Source of the DNA: Eledone cirrhosa
Taxonomy: Eukaryota
Reading direction: 5' to 3'
Length of the DNA: 64,000 bases
Assembly (NCBI GenBank): GCA_964016885.1
Contig: OZ024742.1
Location: 61,752,001 to 61,816,000, forward strand
Shown: positions 55,973 through 64,000 of the stretch, piece after piece
Numbering within the stretch: position 1 is the stretch's first letter
Layout of the letters: every line of letters begins with the position of its first letter
The notes under the pieces: model-generated
The model's input: the letters and a program-made list of their open reading frames with translations, nothing else
What the model was told of the DNA's origin: nothing
Database searches by the model: none
Made by a program: the position numbers and the translations under genes

Positions 55973-57026
55973 ATCATTGGGAAAAAATTTGTGAAATTAT
56001 AAAACCAGAAGAACATACATACATACATACATACATACATACATACACACACATACATACATACATACATACACACACATACATACATACATACATACAT
56101 ACATACATACATACATACATACATACATACATACATACATACATACATACATACATACATGTATATCGGAAATGAAATACCTTTTAGTTGCTAATTATAT
56201 TTGACCATGTGAGAGAGAGAAAAACAATACCTTTTATACCTAATAGCGTTTAATACTCACCACTCTACTCCACGTTCTGTTCTTTCTTTTAATTTGCTTT
56301 TGAGAAAAAAAAAAGGGGGGGGGGGTAGTAAATATTAAACGATTCCAAGTATTTCGTTTGTTCCATCTTCTCTTTTTTTTTGTGTGTGAAACTTATAAAG
56401 TGAAAACATCAGAATATAATTCAATGAAAAAATTATAAAAATAAATATATATTTCTTGGGAATTACTGTTTTTTTTTATTTGTTTGTCTTTAACAGTTAA
56501 CGGTTTCTAATTCCGTTTGATAGTCCTATACATTTGTGTACATTATTCTAAATTAGTAGTAAAGGTGGGGAAGAAGAATAAAAAAAAGCTGCTCAGTTCT
56601 TAACATTAAATATTGAAAGAATGCCATTAGTTCATATTTGTCGGCTGCATGATGAATTAAGAAAACATTGCATCGTTTATTGCGTTTTTGTGTCGGTTGT
56701 TGTTTTTTCGTTTTTGGTTTTTTTTTTAATGATATTATGGTTGATATTATGGTTGTTGATGTTGTTTATGTTGGTGTTGATGTTGTTGATGATATTGTTG
56801 TTGGTGTTGTTGCTATGGTATTGGAGATAGTATTTTTCTATTCCTCTGTCTAGTTCTGAGTTCTTGTCTTTCGTATTCTCCTTCTTCATAACTTTATTCA
56901 TCACCTTCTTCCCATTTCTTCCTGCTTCTCCTTCTTTAATTCCTTCATCCTCTTCCTTTTTCTTATTCCATCACCTTCATCATCATGATTATTCTTCTAC
57001 TTCAGTTTGTTGTTCGTACTCTTTAT

Positions 57027-57104
57027 GAAGAAGAAGAAGAAGAAGAAGAAGAAGAAGAAGAAGAAGAAGAAGAAGAAGAAGAAGAAGAAGAAGAAGAAGA
57101 AGAA

Positions 57105-57158
<54 letters not shown>

Positions 57159-57200
57159 GGTGGTGGTGGTGGTGGTATTGGTGGTGGTGGTGCTGGTGTT
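57027..57200 (+). repeat. Compound trinucleotide microsatellite (GAA)n(GAT)n(GGT)n
   Basis: Read directly from the sequence. Confidence 0.95.
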
Positions 57201-57543
57201 GGTGCTGGGAAACTATCGACCATTGGAGAGAAAGAAAAATATGAAAACCCCCAAAGAGGCAGACGAGACGTTAATAAATAACTTTGAGAAATAAAAAGTC
57301 ATATTTTGATCTCTCGTTCTGAAAACAAAGTCGAGGTTTCTAAGGGGTATGAGGTGTAGAGAAGGTAAGTGAGAAGAAGGATATAGTTTTTTTTTTTTGT
57401 TAGTCGCGTTTTCTGACAACGTAAATAAATATATACTTCAAACGAACTTCATTTCCTATATGTGTGTACGTTACTATGCATGTATGTATATATCATTTAT
57501 GTATGTATGCATATATATGTATGTATGCCTATATATATATATT

Positions 57544-57607
<64 letters not shown>

Positions 57608-57614
57608 TATATAG

Positions 57615-57679
<65 letters not shown>

Positions 57680-57686
57680 TATATAG

Positions 57687-57753
<67 letters not shown>

Positions 57754-57759
57754 TATATA

Positions 57760-57794
<35 letters not shown>

Positions 57795-57800
57795 TATATA

Positions 57801-57885
<85 letters not shown>

Positions 57886-57886
<1 letters not shown>

Positions 57887-59159
57887 GAGGTGTGTCAGAA
57901 AAGTTCCAGGACTGATATCACAAAAGATTTATTTCAAACCCAAACTTCCCACAAAGGGTTTTCTCCTTCAAAGTGATCCCCATGGCGTATGTAACTGTAA
58001 CCTTAGCTCTCTGCAGCGATCAAACTTTTTTCTTCATAATTTTATACACATGTCCTCTGTTTCAGGTCGCCAAGCAATGAGCACAGAGCAACGAACAAAC
58101 TTGAAAACTCTGTCAGAAGCACTGGGATTGCTGCAGCAAGTGTATGGAGATGAGACGATGTCACGCTCACGTGTTTTTGAGTGGTGCAAGAGGTTTAAAG
58201 AAGGACGCGAGGACATGGAAGATGACCCCAGGAGCGGAAGGCCCTCAACAACCAGGACTGAGGTCAACGTTGAGCGCTTCAGGCAGATGGTGCGTAGCGA
58301 TCGTCGGCTGACTGTTCGACTGATGGCAAATGAGCTGGGCATGAATCGGGACAGCGTCTGGAAGATTCTCACTGAAGATTTGGACATGCGGAAAGTCTGC
58401 GCGAAGATGGGGCCAAAACTGCTGAACGATGACCAGAAGGGCCGACGCATGCAAGTATGCGTCTTGAAACCGAACCAGACTTGCTAGGGACAGTCATCAC
58501 CGGTGATGAGTCATGGATCTTCGAGTACGACCCGGAAACCAAACGCCAGAGCCTTCAGTGGAAGAGTCCGTCGTCGCCAAGGCCGAAGAAAGCACGACAG
58601 TCGAAGTCCAAAGTCAAGGTCATGTTGATCACATTCTTCGATGTGAGGGGGATCGTCCACTGCGAGTTCTTGCCACCGGACCAGACGATCAACCAACATG
58701 TCTACAAAGAGATACTGCAGCGTTTGCTTCGTTCAGTGCGTGAGAAGAGGCGAGAGTTGTGGCAGGACAACTCGTGGCTGCTTCACCATGACAACGCGCC
58801 TGCTCTCAATACCCTGAGCATCCGATAGTTCCTGGCCGAGAAGAACATCGCCGTGCTGGAGCAACCTCCCTAACCCCCGACCTGGCTCCGTGTGATTTTT
58901 TCCTATTCCCCAAACTCAAGGGGTTCATCAAGGGACCCGTTTTGAAGACGTGGACGACATCAAAAAGGCCGAGACGACGGAACTGCGGAGGATTCCGGAA
59001 GAATCCTTCTAGGAGTGCATGCAAGCGTGGCAGAAAAGGATGGAAAAGTGCATTAGACTCCAGGGGGGGGTACTTTAAAGGAGAAAACTCTTAGTGCGAA
59101 ATTTGGGTTTGAAATAAATCTCTTGTGATATCAGTCCTGGAACTTTTCTGTCACACCTC

Positions 59160-59160
<1 letters not shown>
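57886..59160 (+). mobile_element. Mariner (DD34D) DNA transposon, full length (1275 bp), transposase disrupted
   Basis: ~58-bp TIRs CGAGGTGTG.CAGAAAAGTTCCAGGACTGATATCAC..; inserted in (TA)n; TGDESW, HDNAPA, PDLAPCDFFLF motifs; frameshift and stops. Confidence 0.93.
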
Positions 59161-59210
<50 letters not shown>

Positions 59211-59438
59211 TAGATATATATATAGATATATAGTATTAAGGTTACCATTTATGGTTATGTATGCAATAAAACCTTTAATGGTAATATATTATATATACAA
59301 ACCCTAAATAGTGAAAGATAGTCAATAATTACTATCCTATTACCAGTAAGATAAATAGCTCAATGTAATAACATCAGTTGTTTTACAGAGCAGTTATATA
59401 GAGATTACAATAATCAAAGTTCAGTTTAAGTCATTTAT

Positions 59439-59487
59439 TTACTTACAATTGTTTCCTCCAAACCGAGGCTTGGATTCTTCGGAGCAA
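59439..59487 (-). ncRNA. Hammerhead-like motif (core CCGAAGA)
   Basis: TTGCT-CCGAAGA-A-TCCAA..TTGGA-G-GAAA-CAATTG-TA-AGTAA. Confidence 0.65.
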
Positions 59488-60022
59488 CTATTAACTGATC
59501 TATAACATACTTGACCTCCTTTTCAACCCAAGAGACATATAAAACATATGCGCATATTTATCAACAGTGGGGTGACATTCATCAAATGATATAGCATGGC
59601 AATTTACATATAAAGGTTACAGGATAAAAATAAAATAAAAACAAGAATGAAAATAAAGATAAACATGAAGCGTTGGCAGTCTATGAAGATAAAGCAAGAG
59701 GAAAGCTTAGAGTAGTCAGTGTATGAAACAATCTCACGTGTAGCATGCACGCGTGTCTTATTTATGCTACACGTGAGATTGTTTCATACACTGACTACTC
59801 TAAGCTTTCCTCTTGCTTTATCTTCATAGACTGCCAACGCTTCATGTTTATCTTTATTTTCATTCTTGTTTTTATTTTATTTTTATCCTGTAACCTTTAT
59901 ATGTAAATTGCCATGCTATATCATTTGATGAATGTCACCCCACTGTTGATCAATATGCGCATATGTTTTATATGTCTCTTGGGTTGAAAAGGAGGTCAAG
60001 TATGTTATAGATCAGTTAATAG

Positions 60023-60071
60023 TTGCTCCGAAGAATCCAAACCTCGGTTTGGAGGAAACAATTGTAAGCAA
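60023..60071 (+). ncRNA. Hammerhead-like motif (core CCGAAGA)
   Basis: TTGCT/AGCAA stem I; TCCAAAC/GTTTGGA stem II; GAAA-CAATTG-TA. Confidence 0.68.
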
Positions 60072-60255
60072 ATAAATGACTTAAACTGAACTTTGATTAT
60101 TGTAATCTCTCTCTATATATATATATATATATATAACTGAGGTTGTATATTGAATCATATATGAGATGTTCATGTAAATAAACAGTTTTAAGCCTTGCTA
60201 TGAATCTTAGAAGTGGTGAATTTCACGACTGGTCATTACCAAATAAGAGATACCA

Positions 60256-60297
60256 CTCTAACAGCCGTTTCTAATTTGTTAACCGTCTTCAGAGGGG
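60256..60297 (-). ncRNA. Hammerhead ribozyme motif
   Basis: CCCT-CTGAAGA-C-GGTT(AACA)AATT-A-GAAA-CGGCTG-TT-AGAG. Confidence 0.65.
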
Positions 60298-60628
60298 CTA
60301 GCTTCATTTGAATGTTAAAACGAAAATAAGCTAAATGCTTATAGTATTTATTCTTATAGACATCGTCTGATAAAGCTCATCTGCATACAGAGCAAAAAGT
60401 TGGCAGTAAATGTAAAGATGTTTATTTACATGAACATTTCGTATAGGATTCAATATACAACCCCAGTCACATATGAATCATGATATGCCAGTTCATTACT
60501 ACCTCTCATTAATCATAGTCCACCAGCTTTTGCTCTGTATGCAAATGAGCTTCATCAGTCGATATTCATAAGCCTAAATACTATAAGCTTTTAGCTTATT
60601 TTCAAATTAGCATCCAAGCAGAGTTATC

Positions 60629-60669
60629 CCCTCTGAAGAAGGTTAATGAACCAGAACCGGCCGTTAGGG
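60629..60669 (+). ncRNA. Hammerhead ribozyme motif (GAAA mutated to GAAC)
   Basis: CCCT-CTGAAGA-A-GGTT(AATG)AACC-A-GAAC-CGGCCG-TT-AGGG. Confidence 0.65.
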
Positions 60670-60849
60670 TGCTCTCCTTTAGTTGCACCAAAGACCAGTG
60701 GTAAAATTCACCATTTCTAAAATTCCTAATAAGGCTGTAAAGATGTTTATCTACATGAACATTTCGTATATGATACAATATATAATCCCTGTCACGTACC
60801 AATCATGCTATGTCAGGTCACTAGATATGGCTGTGAAAGTCGTCTAGGA

Positions 60850-61400
60850 GACCAGGATAGCCGACACATGCGCACTAGCTCCCATTTTCGACGACTAGCA
60901 GATCTTCGCATCTCTTAGTCGGCCGGGAACGAGAGGTGGGGTGGCAGTGCCGTTTAGAAAAGGCCTGGATCTCGAGGTATGGAGGATATTCCTTAACCGG
61001 ACGAAAGGTTGGTGGTTCGGGACGTGAAAAATAGCGAAGGTGGTGCTTTTAAAATGGTCTCCGCCTACGTTATGACTGGGGCCTGGTGGCCGGATTTCTT
61101 TAGACACCTGGAAGACTTTCTGAAAACGTCTCGCCCTTTACTGATAGCGGTGGATTGAAACAGGATCTTAGAAGCACGCTGAGATAGTGTGGGAGTAGCT
61201 GATAGCAGCGGGGGATGCAAAAGCCTCAAGTACCTGATCAGCCGGTTCCAACTATCTGACAGGTACCAACTAGATTTCCCGAATGCGCAATTGTGGACCT
61301 GGACAAAACGCATAGAGTCATTTAGATCGTATATAGATACATTTTTCGTTATGTCAGCATATAAGGATAATATAGGTTGTCCACATTTCCTATTCAGATC
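60850..61400 (+). mobile_element. Degenerate endonuclease fragment of the Tx1 family seen at 16484-26830
   Basis: GCKSLKYLISRFQLSDRYQLDFPNAQLWTWT matches GCKSLTNLLRRIELSDRYRLDFPNVPMWTWT. Confidence 0.8.
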
Positions 61401-62211
61401 AAAAATTTGCTACTTAAACGAAATATTCTTGCAGACACTCCCTTCCTACGGTCAGCGTGAGTGATCCAGAAAACCAGTGATTGGCCTGTTGATAACATCC
61501 AACATATGTTTCCCAACAATATTATCCTCCTTTGCAAAGGAAACTTGTAGAAAAAATATTAAGTCTAAAGGCAGTAAACTGTTTTAAGTAATAAATTGTC
61601 AGACATGATCAGGCATATAAATGGATATATCACACAATTTCTTGAAGGAGACATATTTGGTATTAAATTTAGATGAAAACTTTATAGCGATTGATTTAAT
61701 AATGGAAATACAACGCCGTCTCAAAGAAGACATTTGATCAGCTCCGAAAGAAAATAGTTAATGAGTTTTGTGTAAAATTTTCAGCTGTCCATTCACTCTA
61801 GACATATTCTTCTCAATAGCTGCACGAAACTTGAGTATAATATGTTCACACACACACATACATCTTACAAACCAGCAAAACATCAGTCTTTAAAAGACTA
61901 AACAGTTTCGCGTTCTGAAGCCTTCATTTTGCAGACGACAAGTTTGCACTTGTTAACGATGTGGGGCGACGTAAGCTAATATGGCTGCCATTTCCGTTTG
62001 GAATGTCAGACAATAAATAAGGTGAGTAGGTTTAGTTACATGTATAATTTAGGTTAACTTTACTAACATCGTTTCGACAATTATATTATTCAATTCGGAT
62101 TAGATAGAGACGGAAAAATGTCTGTAATGGATACGCGAAACATGGCCAGGTACATAGAGTCTTCCCACTTATCAATCTGTTATACGTACATACGTATATG
62201 CATACATACAT

Positions 62212-62250
<39 letters not shown>

Positions 62251-62381
62251 ATGTGTGTGTTTGTGTGTGCGTATGTGTGTGTGCGTGCATATCTGTGTGT
62301 GTATACATTGACATTCTTGTCTTTGGGAATCTCTATTTTTTCTTCATTCTTCATCTTTCATTCTATCTCTTATTCACATGC

Positions 62382-62415
<34 letters not shown>

Positions 62416-62418
62416 ATG

Positions 62419-62509
<91 letters not shown>

Positions 62510-62528
62510 ATATATATATATATATACA

Positions 62529-62616
<88 letters not shown>

Positions 62617-62617
<1 letters not shown>

Positions 62618-63689
62618 TAGCAGTGGTACCTGGGGTTGCATGGGATAAGGTGTTTTGGGACGCGGGCCGTCAACAGATATAATCGTGGAAAAACTACATG
62701 CCTCGACAATATGTAAAGAAAATAAACCGAATACTCTGATGTAATTAGTATTAGGTATGCTTCTCCTTCCACGTGGAGAAAATCGGCTTGGTGCTTTTGT
62801 ACTTTAATAAAGTGGCATGAGTCAGCAGGACAGATGTCACCACTTATGTCAGAGGGAAGTCTGCAATGCTTGAGCAAGGCATGACGTGCAATCGGACAGC
62901 ATGTAGAGCCTTCTCGAATGAGTCCACCGCACCTTAGTAAGTAAACGCAACTGGACAAACGTTTACCAAACTGTGGGTATAATTTAACAAATTTAAAGAG
63001 GAATGGTGCAATAAAATGGGCCCCGATGTGTGTGCGCGTTCACTGGCAGCCCTAAACGAAAGGGTCGCCATCAGCTATTTCAAGGGCCCTTAAAAGGGCC
63101 GTGTAAGCCGTTAACTGACACTCCAGTAAGGAGGGGTAACCATCAACAATTTCAAGTGGTGGCCCTAAAAAGGGCCATGGGAGCGTTCACTTGTAGCCCT
63201 TAATAGTGACTTTGACTACGTTCTATGACATTTGAAGGAGGGTGTTACGGTTGCTTCCACTGGTAGCCTTTAGAATGAATCAGAATGCGTTCGCGGTCCG
63301 TTTAACAGCCATACATTGACGCGCCGAGTGCGATGCAGACTGCCAGACATACAGACAGATATTATAAGGGCGCGTTCTGGACGCAAATGGAATTGTGGGA
63401 AGTGACGTAATGCAGACAGCCAGATATACAGACAGATATTATAAAGGCGCGACGTTATATGTATGCATCTATCTAAAAAAAGAAAGACTAAGAATTAGAG
63501 AGAGAGATCGCTAAATCGCCTAATGCGGTCCCTAGAGCATTGAAAGTTTGAAATTGTTTTTGCTCAGAACACTCCCTGAAACATAAGTATTACATGTGTA
63601 AAGTTTGAAAACAGTAGGTTGGGTGCTTCTCGAGTTTTAGGGATTCAAACTCACACACAGACAGACATCCTCAGTTTTATATATATAGA
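62617..63689 (-). mobile_element. Non-autonomous Helitron-like element
   Basis: Minus strand starts TC(TA)n at 63689 and ends in a degenerate hairpin plus CTAG|T at 62617; terminus resembles the 30670 element; internal short direct repeats. Confidence 0.65.
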
Positions 63690-64000
63690 CTAGCAGAAAA
63701 CCGCCCACAGGTATGTGTATATATATATTTATTTATTAGACATACAGAAATGTATATATATTTCTGTGTGTATATATATATATATTACACACACAGAAAT
63801 GTATATATATTTCTGTGTGTATATATATATATTTCTGTGTGTGTATATATATATTACACACACACAGAAATGTATATATGTTTCTGTAGCACTCCTCAAT
63901 TCCCCCTCTCTCCCTCCCGCTATCCCCCTCTTGTAGTCTGTCTCTTTCTTTCACTCTCACTCTCTCTCTACGCGTGCGCAAAAAACATTCGCATGCGCGC
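63690..64000 (-). mobile_element. Probable 3' end of an adjacent Helitron-like element with a palindromic minisatellite
   Basis: CTAGCAGAAAACC terminus; repeated unit CACACAGAAAT-(TA)n-ATTTCTGTGTG. Confidence 0.4.

Larger units (their letters stand above)
52995..55975 (-). mobile_element. RTE-clade LINE with a 5' inversion and a 45-bp TSD
   Basis: 3' half on the minus strand (52995-54570), 5' half on the plus strand (54571-55972); identical flanks at 52950-52994 and 55976-56020. Confidence 0.92.
59235..60112. mobile_element. Non-coding foldback element with 347-bp near-perfect arms and an HHR in each arm
   Basis: 59400-59746 is inverted at 59764-60110; (TA)n on both flanks. Confidence 0.85.
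60135..60825. mobile_element. Older retrozyme-like element: ~325-bp monomer, ~1.25 tandem copies plus an inverted partial copy
   Basis: TGTAAAGATGTTTAT.TACATGAACATTTCGTATA repeats at 60411 and 60736; 60135-60407 is a diverged inverted copy. Confidence 0.75.

Overview
AT-rich eukaryotic DNA dense in microsatellites ((TA)n, (GT)n, (ATT)n, (ACAT)n). I could not support any host protein-coding gene. The repeat content resembles an octopus-like coleoid cephalopod (inference). The window is almost entirely transposable-element debris: three Penelope-like (GIY-YIG) fragments, four RTE LINE pieces, two tandem near-full-length L1/Tx1 elements in (ATT)n, two R4/Dong-type RLE fragments, an RNase H LINE fragment, two mariners (one with a nested non-autonomous LTR element), Helitron-like elements and Meta/MESC-type SINEs. 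The main signal not shown by the ORF track is about 20 type I hammerhead ribozyme (HHR) motifs from roughly 11 sequence families. Many sit in 'tail-out' foldback insertions whose two 3' ends run into (TA)n tracts. The clearest case is a non-coding 467-bp HHR monomer present as about 1.5 tandem copies in each orientation (39148-40526), which resembles a retrozyme copied from a circular or multimeric RNA. Other notable points are a twin-primed RTE with a 45-bp target-site duplication, apparent partitioning of microsatellite targets among retroelement families, and a 5'UTR/ORF1 swap between the two Tx1 copies. All ribozyme folds and coordinates were read by eye.
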